From Eledone cirrhosa (lineage: Eukaryota): a DNA stretch of 64,000 nt. The translations under genes and the position numbers were made by a program. The notes beneath the pieces are model-generated. The model saw only the letters and a program-made list of their open reading frames with translations. It made no database searches and had not been told where the DNA came from. Every line of letters begins with the position of its first letter. Positions within the stretch are counted from its first letter, which is position 1. The stretch covers positions 158,720,001 through 158,784,000 of the forward strand of contig OZ024742.1 in assembly GCA_964016885.1 (NCBI GenBank), in the 5' to 3' direction. Shown piece by piece: positions 12,065-24,615 of the stretch.

Positions 12065-12455
12065 CAGAGGCACCTGTAAGGAATTGAATACTGCATCTCT
12101 CGAATGACAGATGAGTGCGTTAACCATTACGTTACTGGCTACTAATTGCCGTTTTTAGGTGATTTTATAGTATATAGCTAGAGGTTAGAAGTGGGAACAT
12201 CCATATAACTTAAAACATATTTATAATGAACATATTTATAATGAACATATTTATAATGATCGCTTGTTGTTATAGCCATTTGCTTTAGGACGACAACATT
12301 TCAAATTTTAAACTTTCCTAAGTCAACCTCTACTTTAAAATCTTTGAAAAAGCGGCAATTGCTATCCAACAATCCCTTAGTATCACAGTTAATGCACTTG
12401 GTCAGGCATCCGAGAGATATGATGTTCGATTCCTAGCAGGCGCATTTGTCTAGCT
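12065..12455. repeat. Two divergent, inverted, degenerate tRNA-like heads
   Basis: B-box-like gttcgattcc (+, ~12424) and ttcaattcc (-, ~12080); ggcaatt/aattgcc inner ends; central 14-bp tandem aacatatttataat. Confidence 0.35.
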
Positions 12456-13344
12456 TTGTCAAATTCTTTTGCAATTTTGCGAATGTACTCTCCTTTGAAA
12501 TTTGATTTTTTATATTGATACAAAATCACACATTTTGAAGGTACTTATAATCGATTTAAGCGAACCAGTTCCTCATGAGTGCTTTATTTTACCGACCCAA
12601 TGTTTAATTATTCATACAATATGCATTGAATATCCTCCTAACATTAAATCAATATTTAATACGTAATAAATATTTATGTGTATGAATTACTTTGTTTAGA
12701 GTAAATTAAGAACATCAGACCGCTGGCGACATCAGTATCGTCCTTCTTTCGCTTGTATCTCTATATCTTTCTCTTTCATTATCTATATGACATTCTTCTG
12801 TGTCTCTTATCCTTTCTCTCACTATTCCACTTTCTCTCCGTTTTTCTCTTCTATTCTCTTATAAAGTATATTTCTCTTTCATAATATTTCTCCTTCTCTC
12901 TTCTTTTCTCTCCCTCTCTCTCTATATATATATATCGCTTACTCAATCTCTCACTTTCTCTTTCACTGTCTCTCTCTCTCTCGCTCGCCCTTTCTCTTTC
13001 ACTGTCTCTCTCTCTCTCGCTCGCCCTTTCTCACTATCTATCTATCTCATTAACAATATTCTCATATATAAAGAGAGAAGAAACAAGTGTAAAGCAAACG
13101 ATGGGTATACGGAAAGAGGACAGATCTAAGAAGTGGAAATAATTTAAAAGAGAAAGTAACAATAAGATGAGGAGTAGTAAAGCACATTGATTCAGCTGTG
13201 TAGTGACTGCAGAGTACCAAAGCTATATACAGAAAGAATGGATAGATGTAGATACATTCATACACACATACATATATATATACATACATACATACATACA
13301 TACATACATACATACATACATACATACATACATACATACATACT

Positions 13345-15071
13345 TAGGGTGATAGCTTGTCAGTGCTACTCTTCGTTCTCTCACTGAATCCACTATCTTA
13401 CCTACTCAGGAAACAAGGTGGACAAAGAAGTGGGCCCAGAAGTATCTCCCATCTTTTCTTTGTTGGTGACCTGAAGTTGTATGGGCCAAATATCAATGAC
13501 ATCAAGAAACAATTGGACTTCATTACACAATTTTCAACCGACATCAAAATGAAATTTGGTGAGTCCAAGTGTGCATATTTGGCAGTAAAACGTGGAAGAG
13601 CTGTGCCCTCCTCTAGAAATCTAGAGATGAACGGCCTGACAATACAACCTCTGCAGTCAGGTGACAACTACAGATATCTTGGACAGGATGAGAATGTCAG
13701 ATATGATGGACCCATAAATAAGGAGAGAACCAGAACTGAATACCTCAGAAGAGTAAAGAAAATATGGTCATCAGAACTGTCAGCATACAACAAATACATT
13801 TCCCACAATACTTATGCTGTGCCAATTCTAACGCCAACATTTGGCCTACTGAACTGGTCATTGCAAGAACTAAGTGAGATGGATGTTAGAACTCGAAAAC
13901 TTCTCAGTGTTACTGGCAACTTTAACATCAATGGTGATGTGGATAGGCTATACTTCTCACGCAAGGAAGGTGGCCGGGGTCTAAAATCAATATTAACAAC
14001 ATATGAGACCCGGATAGTAACACTGAAGCAACATCTTCAACAGAGGAAAAAGGTTGGCAACCATCTTGCCCAGGTTTATGAGCATGAAAAAAGAAATATC
14101 ATTAGAATAGCGACTGATCTGGAGGAGAGATATGGAATAAAGCCTGATATAAATCTCTCACCCAGAGAAATCGGAAGATCCTATTCAATGTTCAAACAAG
14201 ATAAGAAAATTGACCAATTTACAGAAAAAGTTGTGCGTGGATACTTGAGGCGTAAAACACAGACCATAGAGGGGATAAACCACTCAAAAAGCCTGGCATG
14301 GAGTTCCGACAAGTTTATGACATCACACCTTGAGGGATATCTCTATGCAATACAGGAACAAGAACTCCCTACCAAATATCTGCTGCACAAAAGAGGAGGG
14401 CCAGCAGCTGACAATAAATGTAGGCTATGTAAAACAAAGATCGAGGATGTAAGCCACATTGTTGCCAGCTGCGAACGAATGTCATCTCGCTACTACCTCC
14501 CATGAGACACGATGGGATAGCTAGAACCATCTGGAACGCACTTCGGAAAACAAAATTAACAACAAACGAGGAAGAATATATTGAGACAGATGGCACTAAG
14601 GAATACTGGTGGAACCTGAAAATAAAAACTGCCACCAAATTAAAGCACAACCGGCCTGATATTGTAGTTTGGGACCACACATTGAAAACGTGTTCTGTTG
14701 TGGAGATCAGCTGCCCACTTGATGTAAACGTTGTCAGAAAAATACAGGAGGAGGACATCTACGGACCATTGATGAGGAGTTTACAAATCCAGTATCCAAG
14801 ATACACCTTTAGCTTCATACCCATCATTATTGGTGTTACGGGTTATATACCAACCCGCTTGGACCAAAGTATGACTGAACTTGGATTTGCGGACAAAAAG
14901 CGCAGCGCCCTAATTCATAGTCTGCAAATGGCTGCGATAGCTGGCACCTTCAAAATTTGCAAAACATTCTTGCGATTCAAGGGATGACAATTTCTTTTCT
15001 TTTACAACCTTGCCACCAGGAAGGTGGCCGGTCAAAAAAATATACTCGAAATTAAGAGAAAGAGAAAACAA
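13345..15071 (+). mobile_element. 5'-truncated R4/Dong-like LINE (RT + CCHC + restriction-like endonuclease)
   Basis: GDSLSVLLF, HLFFVGDL, RLYFSRKEGGRGL, CRLC..H....C, RHD..RPD..EISCP; frameshift near 14502; flanked by (CATA)n on both sides. Confidence 0.9.
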
Positions 15072-15134
15072 CATACATACATACATACATACATACATAC
15101 ATACATACATACATACATACATACATACATACAT

Positions 15135-15578
15135 GGTGGCTGCCAACTCGTTTTCGAGTACGGCCACTACTTTATATCCATGTAGAAGAACCCCTACCAA
15201 TACGCTGAACGAGTGTGACTTTTTAGTCCAGCCAGCGACTTGAAAACTCTGTTACAAACACTAGACTTGTGGCAATTATTGACACATAGTGCTGGGCCCA
15301 TGGTACCGTGTGACGACAAGTGCAGAGAGATCTCCAGATATAAAGCAATGCCTGTGCCGTGAAGCTTTTATAGTGAGCAAAGGCACTGCACAAAGCCAGT
15401 CCCACTCTCTTAACCGAGATGATATTTACCAAAAAGAAGAACAAGTCAACATCATTGGATACCATCAGGGTTGCAGGTGTTATATCAGAGTTTTCCTGCT
15501 CCTAGAATTCTGCCTTGACAAAGGCTAAGGGGTCATCTCTCCCGGAGAATTCTGCCTTGACAAAGGCTAAGGGGTCAT
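15135..15578 (-). mobile_element. ~600-bp non-coding repeat family (RTE-5'UTR-like), truncated copy
   Basis: Homologous to 22100-22705; 33-bp terminal duplication 15546-15578; in (CATA)n. Confidence 0.8.
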
Positions 15579-15676
15579 ATACACACATACATACATACAT
15601 GCATACATACATACATACATACATACATACATACATACATACATACATACATACATACATACATACATACATACAT

Positions 15677-16084
15677 GATGGCTGCAATCTCTGCTAAGAG
15701 TAGTAACATATCCTGAACAAGCAATGCCTGAGCATCAAAACCACTACCCGAAAAGGAGAACTGGTGAACATCATCGGGTGCTTCCGAAGCCGCAGGTTAT
15801 TTTGGGGTTTTTTTTCAGAGTTTCCCTTTCCTAGAAAGGTGTTGTGACAAAAACTGGGGGTCTTTCACTCCCGGGTGGGGAAAGAAAAGAGGACTATTTG
15901 GATAGCCGTTGTCTCTGTTGAGTTCTTTGCCCTTTGCCGGGTCTTGTATTTCATCCCACAGGGTATCCAAATATTACCCTCCTCACCAAGCAAGCTTGGT
16001 GAGGTTACCGGTTTAGTCGCCGACGACCCGACCATGAGACAGGTTGTACTGGGTTACGTGTTACCAGTAGCACTCGAGAGCGAC
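15677..16084 (-). mobile_element. Diverged second subfamily of the same repeat
   Basis: Shares gtgctactggtaaca..cccagtacaacctgtctcatggtcgggtcg..cgactaaac and the gcagcca(c/t)c end; in (CATA)n. Confidence 0.75.
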
Positions 16085-16419
16085 ATACATACATACAAAT
16101 ATCCTCAAATATATATTAGATATATACATATATGTGTGTGTACGTATGTTTGTGTGTTTGTTTATGTGTGTGTATATATGTATGCTTGTGTGTTTGTGTG
16201 TGAGTGTTTTCTATTTTTGCTATACTGTTTTCTTGGTGTTATTTTAGCATGCAGTCTACCCAGCTATTTATACTTTAGCGTACGGTCTACCTGCACTTTT
16301 ACACCTCAGTATGCAGCCTACCTCCACTACAAGAACTTTATATTGCAGGACGATAAAAATAAGTCGAATAATGATTTATCATTAAGGACATATAGGAGTT
16401 GCGACCTGTAGATAGTACC

Positions 16420-17100
16420 AAAAATGGCAAGCCCAATGGAAACATTGTTTCCTTGGTCAGATTTGATGAGTTCTACCTCAGCGAATGAGGCCGGAACTTG
16501 TCAATCGATTTCTTTCTCTTATGCGGTTAATCATACAAATCATAATAAACAGAGTCATAATCATTAATGTTCCGCATGAAAGTACCGATGGTCGGAAACT
16601 TGTTTGAGACCAAAGACCCAAAGACCATCAATTCTACGTCCATGTTTCCTGTTGTTTTATGCATTTTCGTCACTATCTTCAGGAAGTATGTCATATTTAG
16701 CATTCTCCCACGAATGTATTAATATTTCCGTCGACCAGCAAATCTTGCTTCATCAATCTAAATAGAGTTGACGTCTGTCCCAATCATCTTACCCCATTGA
16801 GGATGAGAAACGAGGGTTCCACTAACCTCCCGGCACATATTATACCAGTCAGTTATTGTACTGGAAGACTTTTCTCTCACAGTCACTGCTGCATTAATGT
16901 GTATTTCCATTACGAAAAAGAACGCCAGTTTGCGGACAATAGTGTTATGTCGCTATGTCTGTCTGAACAGACCGTGAAGTTTAACATTCTTTTCGAGGAC
17001 AACGAAGTAGAGGTTTGTATTCTCCGCCGCTCTCACCTTATCAAATTTTTACCAGTCAGGTACTCATTCAATCAAGTCAACGTCGTTTTGTCGAACTGCT
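16420..17100 (-). pseudogene. Merlin/IS1595-like transposase relic
   Basis: Manual translation TITDWYNMCREV..KMIG..*IDEARFAGRRKY..RGR..HGRRIDGLWVFG, with stops and frameshifts. Confidence 0.7.
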
Positions 17101-17164
17101 AGTTACGAACACAAAGAAACACATACGCTGAGACACCACTCTACACACAGCAACACAACGACAT

Positions 17165-17213
<49 letters not shown>

Positions 17214-17271
17214 AATATATATATATACATATATATACACACACATACACACATACATATATGTATATGTA

Positions 17272-17302
<31 letters not shown>

Positions 17303-17324
17303 TTATATATATAAATATATATAT

Positions 17325-17920
17325 GGTGGCTGCCAACTCGTTTTCGAGTACGGCCACTACTTTATATCCATGTAGGAGAACCCCTACCGATGCGCTGGAC
17401 GAGTGTGACTTTTTAGTCCAACCAGCGACTTGAAAACTCTGGTACAAACACTACACTTGTGACAATTATTGACACATAGTGCTGGGCCCATGGTACCATG
17501 TGACGACAAGTGCAGAGAGATCTCCAGATATAAAGCAATGCCTGTGCCGTGAAGCTTTTATAGTGAGCAAAGGCACTGCACAAAGCCAGTCCCACTCTCT
17601 TAACCAAGATGATATTTACCAAAAAGAAGAACAAGTCAACATCATTGGATACCATCAGGGTTGCAGGTGTGATATCAGAGTTTTCCTTCTCCTAGAATTC
17701 TGCCTTGACAAAGGCTAAGGGGTCATCTCTCCCGGTGATTTTGGATGGCCATTGACTCTTAAGAGCTCCTTTGCCCTTTGACAGGTTTTGTTTTTAATCC
17801 TGCAGGATGTCCAAAGTCACCCTTTTCACCAAGAAACCTTGGTTGGGTTGCCAGTTTAGTCGCCAACGACCCGACCATGGGACAGGTTGTACTGGGATAC
17901 ATGTTACCAGTAGCACCAAC
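17325..17920 (-). mobile_element. ~600-bp repeat family copy
   Basis: Near-identical to the reverse complement of 22115-22705. Confidence 0.85.
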
Positions 17921-18867
17921 ATAGACATATATATACCCACATACATACATACACACAGACATAGATGCCTGTCTACACACATACACATGCATATACATAC
18001 ATACATATACATATGGATGCCTACACACATACAATCAAATGATAATATTCCAATTACGGACTCAATACATGGTGTCTCGTCGTTAGTAGTGGTGGTGGTT
18101 GGGTGTAGTGGTTGATGGCGGTGATGGAGCTGGCGTCTAGTAGTTAGTGGTGTTGATGGCCGGCTGCAGTTGTTGATGGTGGTGATGGTTGGCTGCAGTT
18201 GTTGATGATGGTGATGGTTGGCTATAGTTGATGATGGTGGTGATGGTTGGTAGTGGTGCTCGTGGTTTATGGTGATGTTTGTTCTAGTTGACGATGGTAG
18301 TGCTTGTTGATGGCAGCAATGATGGCGGCTGAGTGTTGTTGCTAACAGGTGTAGAGGTTAAGTGCCAATGATGGCGGTATATATATATATATGTATGTAT
18401 GTATGTGTATGCGTGTATGTGTATGTGTATGTGTGTGTGTGTATATATATATATATGGCGTAGAACAGGGAAGCGTAAATTCACCACGAATTGTAAACCG
18501 AGTTGTATTTGTAGCATAAAAGCTATCACCATCAAGGTTATAAATATTCTTTCTGAAGGCTGACCGGAATAAGAGAAGAAAAACAAGAGACAATGTAAAT
18601 GAGAAGTATTTATAGCCAAATCTAGTGAAATTTATGCAAATGAAGACGTCAGCTGTTACATGACCCTGCAGATAGTTAAAAACTCTGAAGAACGAGGAAA
18701 ACACAGATTGTGTTTTTTAATAAATAGGTTATAAGACGTTTGGATTCAAACAGTAAGCCTGTCACTCTAACTGAACCAATCGTCATACTTACCATGCATA
18801 GATGCATACTCAAATATATGGCCACACGTAAACACACACACACACATTTATTCATATATATATATAT

Positions 18868-19260
18868 CTAGGGCGGGTAAAATTCCCGAGATCCATGGAG
18901 GAGTTTTCTCCAGCGGTCTCTGTCCTTCATTATCGCTGCCATGTCCTGCATCTCCAACAGACCAGTGTCTGTCCTTAGGGCAGCAACATACGTTAACCTT
19001 GGTCTTCTTCTTCCAGTGTGTCCATGTAAGGCCTCCCACAGGAGCACTGAGTGCAATGTCAACTCTGGATGTCGGTGAGCATGTCCAGCTAACCTCAATC
19101 TCCTTTGTGTCACTTTTGAGCTGACATTTGGGAGGCTCTCATACAGCACTGAGTTTTTCATCCTCAGTGTACACTGATTAATGTTCAGAGCCATCCTCAT
19201 CATTCTCGTGTAGCACCCATCCACCATCTGAGTGAGTTTCTTGGTCAGTGTCCAAGTCTC
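18868..19260 (-). mobile_element. 3' terminal part of an RTE-X-like LINE
   Basis: ETWTLTKKLTQMVDGCYTRMMR..RRLRLAGHAHRHPE..GRRRPRLTY..DRDRWR. Confidence 0.85.
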
Positions 19261-19324
19261 TATAGAAACAATTGTTACCTAATAAATTCTTTATACCCGC
19301 ATTTCCGTTTCATAAACTTCTTCT

Positions 19325-19395
<71 letters not shown>

Positions 19396-19402
<7 letters not shown>

Positions 19403-20570
19403 TAAAATAACGGATTAAAATTTAAGCAAAGAATCGCTGCTTTCACCCTTAACGGGATCTTCTGAAACTAACAAAGTCAATCGTACGTATATTTGATTGT
19501 ATATGTTATGGCGTATATTTTTTATATATTCTGGTACATATGCTTTTGGTTATGTGTATACGGGAGTTTTGCGTCTTTGTGAGTATGCGGGTTCGTACGT
19601 ATGTTGGGTGTGTGTCTGTGTACTTCATGTTTTGGTTGACGTACGTCTCCGAACATTTGTGTATTTACATGTAGGTATGTGTGTGCGCTTGTTATATACG
19701 TATTTATTTATTTATATACGTTTATTTAATTATTTATTTATTTGTATACACGCAAACACACACACACACATATTTATATGTGCGTGGTTTTGTATACGAG
19801 TGTTTTCGCGTATGCTTGTACGTATTTGGACGCGTGTATGTATTTATTTCGTTTCAAATACCTCTGTTTTGTATTTTTTAAACTTTATTCTTAACTCTGA
19901 AGCGGAGAATCATTCGGTTTCCTAGTTAGAATTTTAGTCTACGACTTCAGCTATACCATTTACGTGGTTTTGTCGTTGTGTGCAATTGTTCTCCACGCTC
20001 CACATATGACGTATTATCTTCGTTTTTTCCGCTCATTGCCAGAGAACGTTAAGAGAACATTAGTCTACGACTTCTTTTATACCATAAACGTGGTCCTGTC
20101 TTTGCGCGTAATTGTTTTTCACCGCTCCTATTAATGACGTATTATATTCGTTTTTTCCCGCTCTTTGCCAGGGAACGTTTCCACGAACTAAAGTATCGTC
20201 TTCCTGTCTTCCTCCTGTTGCAACGTTTTTTTAAATATCCACTTCTGCGTTTACAGATTGACTTTGTTAGTTTCAGAAGATCCCGTTAAGGGTGAAAGCA
20301 GCGGTTCTTTGCTTAAACTTTATTCTGTTATTTTAATAAATATTTGCTCTACGGTTCTTATATATTTGATATATATTTATCCTTATCGAGCCCTTTTTGG
20401 ATTTTAGTCTTCAAATTTATTATTATTACTATATATATATATATACATATATATATAGTAATAATAATAAAATTGAAGACTAAAATCCAAAGAGGGCTCG
20501 ATAAGGAAAAGAAGATCCCGTTAAGGGTGAAAGCGGCGATTCTTTGTTTAAACTTTAATCTGTTATTTTA

Positions 20571-20572
<2 letters not shown>
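19396..20572. mobile_element. CAGAAGA-HHR family element with inverted 5' arm, ~130-bp internal duplication and rearranged tail
   Basis: 19396-19481 is inverted at 20257-20342; HHR copies at 19419-19469 (-) and 20269-20319 (+); 20458-20572 is inverted tail plus partial repeat. Confidence 0.75.
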
Positions 20573-20601
<29 letters not shown>

Positions 20602-20771
20602 GTGTGTGTATATGTGTGTATACACACACACACACATATATATATACATATATATGAATGTATATATAGTGTATTTTGCAATACATTGTATGATTAATTA
20701 AACGCATTTTGAAGACCATACGCTATCGTTTTAAAGTAGCGACATTGTCGCTTACTTAAATTTTCCGTAGA

Positions 20772-20818
20772 TAAGTTGACAGCGCTGTTTCGTACTTTTT
20801 GGTACTTATCAAAACTCA
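20772..20818 (-). ncRNA. Hammerhead ribozyme, U3-A8 variant, GUC triplet
   Basis: tgagtt TTGATAA gtac caaaaa gtac GAAAC agcgct GTC aactta. Confidence 0.8.
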
Positions 20819-21196
20819 CTACTCTCCCCATCTGCCGAAAATTATGTGTGTTGGATTCTTATAGAATTCCAGTAACAATCAGGAACTGATTTTACAGAGC
20901 GGTCGCCGGCACAGCAGAAATTGAAAATTAGAATTGGTACTCTGAAATAGCGATATATATATATGAATGCTTTTAATTAATGAAATGCGATATATATAAA
21001 ATGCTTTCAATTAAGCATACAGTGTATTGCAAAATACACTATATATACATTCATATATATATCGCTATTTCAGAGCACCAATTCTAATTTTCAATTTCTG
21101 CTCAGCCGGCGACCGCTCCGTAAAATCAGTTCCTGATTGTTACTGGAATTCTACAAGAATCCAACACACACAATTTTCGGCAGACGGGGAGAGTAG

Positions 21197-21243
21197 TGAG
21201 TTTTGATAAGTACCAAAAAAGTACGAATCAGCGCTGTCAACTT
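21197..21243 (+). ncRNA. Second copy of the same hammerhead (GAAA mutated to GAAT)
   Basis: gagtt TTGATAA gtac..gtac GAAT cagcgct GTC aactt. Confidence 0.65.
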
Positions 21244-21932
21244 TTAATTAAGCATACAGTGTATTGCAAAATACACTACATATACATTCATATATCGCTA
21301 TTTCAGAGCACCAATTCTAATTGAGACATGCTCAACCAACCGTGACGCCTAAACCAATCAGCTTTAGTAATCTAGTGAAACTACACACCAATTGGTCGAA
21401 ATACAGTTTGCAAAACTTAGCATTCTGTAGCTCCTTTTTACTGTATATAAGGCACAGATGTTACCCATCTCATTACATTTGAAAATTGCAAACTTGATTG
21501 TCACCACTGAATATAAGCCTGAAGATTGCGAAAGCAGCATGAAAGTACTTCTTCAATTAACATTTAATATTCTACCATACTATTTCATTATAATATCATT
21601 ATAATTTTAAAGGATTGTAAATAAAACGAGTAAATCAGACAAGGTTGGAATTCCTTTTAGTAATATTATTCTGATGAAATGACAGTAAATAATAACATTG
21701 AAATATTGAATGTCTGCATAACTAAAAGTTTGTAGATAGCAGCTGTTTTAGGTTATGTAACTGTTATAGAAACACGTGTCAATAAATTCCTTTCAACTAA
21801 ACTGTATCCATTCAAATCTTTCTATTTTTCTCCGGATTACTTTTGGAACTACAACTGGAACCGTCGAGCAAACTCTACGTGAGCTGATAATCTACTGTGT
21901 GTAATATTTATATTACAACACAAAGGAAAATA

Positions 21933-22030
<98 letters not shown>

Positions 22031-22099
22031 TATATATATTCAAGTATGTGTGTATGTATATATACATATATATGTATATATACATATATATGTATTTAT

Positions 22100-22705
22100 G
22101 TCAGGTCACCACATGGTGCTACTGGTAACATGTATCCCAGTACAACCTGTCTCATGGTCGGGTCGTTGGCGACTAAACTGGCAACCCCACCAAGGTTTCT
22201 TGGTGAGGAGGGTGACTTTGGACATCCTGCAGGACTAAAAACAAAACCTGTCAAAGGGCAAAGGAGCTCTTAAGAGTCAATGGCCATCCAAAATCAGTGG
22301 GAGAGATGACCCCTTAGCCTTTGTCAAGGCAGAATTCTAGGAGAAGGAAAACTCTGATATCACACCTGCAACCCTGATGGTATCCAATGATGTTGACTTG
22401 TTCTTCTTTTTGGTAAATATCATCTTGGTTAAGAGAGTGGGACTGGCTTTGTGCAGTGCCTTTGCTCACTATAAAAGCTTCACGGCACAGGCATTGCTTT
22501 GTATCTGGAGATCTCTCTGCACTTGTCGTCACATGGTACCAAAGGCAAAGCACTATGTGTCAATAATTGTCACAAGTGTAGTGTTTGTACCAGAGTTTTC
22601 AAGTCGCTGGCTGGACCAAAAAGTCACTCGTTCAGCGCATCGGTAGGGGTTCTCCTACATGGATATAAAGTAGTGGCCGTACTCGAAAACGAGTTGGCAG
22701 CCACC
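22100..22705 (+). mobile_element. ~600-bp repeat family, complete copy
   Basis: Contains tagcctttgtcaaggcagaattctaggagaaggaaaactctga, similar to RTE 5'UTRs; 3' hairpin gtggccgtactcg..cgagt..cagccac; followed by TATG-rich simple sequence. Confidence 0.85.
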
Positions 22706-22740
22706 ATATATATATGTATATATATATATGTGTGTATGTA

Positions 22741-22771
<31 letters not shown>

Positions 22772-22808
22772 GTGTGTGTATGTATATGTATGTATGTATG
22801 TATATGTG

Positions 22809-22839
<31 letters not shown>

Positions 22840-23050
22840 GTATATATATGTATATGTGTATATATATGTGTATGTATGTATGTGTATATGTATGTATATG
22901 TGTATATGTGTATATATGTATATGTATGTGTATGTGTATATATATATGTATGTATGTGTGTATATGTGTGTATATGTAGATATATATATGCATATATATA
23001 TGTGTATATGTGTATGTATGTATATATATATGTATATATATATATATTAT

Positions 23051-23658
23051 GTCAGGTCATCAGTTGGTGCTACTGGTAACATGTATCCCAGTACAACCTG
23101 TCTCATGGTCGGGTCGTTGGCGACTAAACTGGCAACCCCACCAAGGTTTCTTGGTGAGGAGGGTGACTTTGGACATCCTGCAGGACTAAAAACAAAACCT
23201 GTCAAAGGGCAAAGGAGCTCTTAAGAGTCAATGTCCATCCAAAATCACTGGGAGAGATGACCCCTTAGCCTTTGTCAAGGCAGAATTCTAGGAGAAGGAA
23301 AACTCTGATATAACACCTGCAACCCTGATGGTATCCAATGATGTTGACTTGTTCTTCTTTTTGGCAAATATCATCTTGGTTAAGAAAGTGGGACTGGCTT
23401 TGTGCAGTGCCTTTGCTCACTATAAAAGCTTCACGGCACAGGCATTGCTTTATATCTGGAGATCTCTCTGCACTTGTCATCACATGGTACCATGAGCCCA
23501 GCACTATGTGTCAATAATTGTCACAAGTGTAGTATTTGTACCAGAGTTTACAAGTCGCTGGTTGGACTAAAAAGTCACACTCGTTTAGCGCATCGGTAGA
23601 AGTTCTCCTATATGGATATAAAGTAGTGGCCGTACTCGAAAACGAGTTGGCAGCCACC
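23051..23658 (+). mobile_element. ~600-bp repeat family, complete copy
   Basis: Near-identical to 22100-22705. Confidence 0.85.
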
Positions 23659-23682
23659 ATATGTATATATATTTGTATAGAT

Positions 23683-23740
<58 letters not shown>

Positions 23741-24003
23741 TAAAACATGTCTATAGAATCACCAGATAAAATATATACCATTTCCTCTCCCAATTAGCAT
23801 AATTAACTATATAAAAAATCGAATAGACCGGGCTATAAGAATAAGGCTTCTATGAAGAAATCTCCAACAAATAACCGAAACTAGCCCTTCGCGTCGGCCA
23901 CGACGGAATATTTATCGAATATTTCGACAGGGTAATCACCCAGATACAGTCAATTAAACAGAATTAGGTGTAAAATAAACTAGGAGAAAATAGAATACAT
24001 TTA

Positions 24004-24084
24004 AATACCTCTACCATGGTTTCGTCCGCATTTTGAGATTTCCAATAACTTTGGAACTCGAGCATCAGACTCATCAGGAGATTT
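24004..24084 (-). ncRNA. Canonical type I hammerhead ribozyme
   Basis: atctc CTGATGA gtc..ttccaa agtta ttggaa..gac GAAAC catg GTA gaggt; within a (TA)n-flanked insert at 23739-24206. Confidence 0.85.
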
Positions 24085-24203
24085 GCTCCGATCCAGACAC
24101 TAAATTTTCCAAAGTGATCGCGCCAAGAATTCATTCAAAAATGGCTAAGAATCGTGACGTAACAGCGGTCAGATTGGAAAGAGTGTGGTAGTTGCTTACG
24201 GCT

Positions 24204-24252
<49 letters not shown>

Positions 24253-24254
<2 letters not shown>

Positions 24255-24437
24255 CGAAGGAGATGTGGTAAGGAACCACATGGACCATAACGCACCAGAG
24301 TACTCAATACTTAGGGTAGTAGAGTGGGTAATAGGAAAAAGTATGACCCCGACGGCAGAGCTCAAGCCGTTTCGACGGCTATTTCTGGAAATAGCCATCG
24401 AAACGGCTTGAGCTCTGCCGTCGGGGTCATACTTTTT

Positions 24438-24442
<5 letters not shown>
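24253..24442. mobile_element. Minimal fold-back element (55-bp arms) made of an HHR 3' half
   Basis: 24331-24385 is inverted at 24388-24442; GAAAC ggc..gcc GTC ggggt; same family as 63481-63600. Confidence 0.8.
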
Positions 24443-24485
<43 letters not shown>

Positions 24486-24552
24486 TAGTCTAAGATGGTG
24501 GTGTCGACGAAACAAGAGAAGAAAAGAAATCCTTCATCGTCTGTAAAACCGA

Positions 24553-24615
24553 GATCAAGATGTTTCGGCGCTTAATACAGGACATCTAAAAGCGATCAGC
24601 GGCCTTTTCTAAATC
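24553..24615 (-). ncRNA. Variant hammerhead motif (U3 A4..A8)
   Basis: gatt TAGAAAA ggc cgctgat..attaagc gcc GAAAC atc TT gatc; lies between ~35-bp direct repeats at 24491 and 25062. Confidence 0.45.

Larger units (their letters stand above)
20645..21322. mobile_element. Retrozyme-like ~240-310-bp HHR monomers in tandem and inverted arrangement
   Basis: Monomer on - (20645-20956); head-to-tail units on + (21009-21322). Confidence 0.7.

Noticed and set aside
21510-21715. CTGAAGA..GAAAGTACTT and CTGATGA..GAAATATT hammerhead-like strings
   Set aside because: Helix I does not pair convincingly; counted only as degenerate
15223-23504. Repeated ~80-aa ORFs (MVSNDVDL.., MLGPWY..)
   Set aside because: They recur only because the repeat copies are near-identical; not conserved in the second subfamily and no domain recognised
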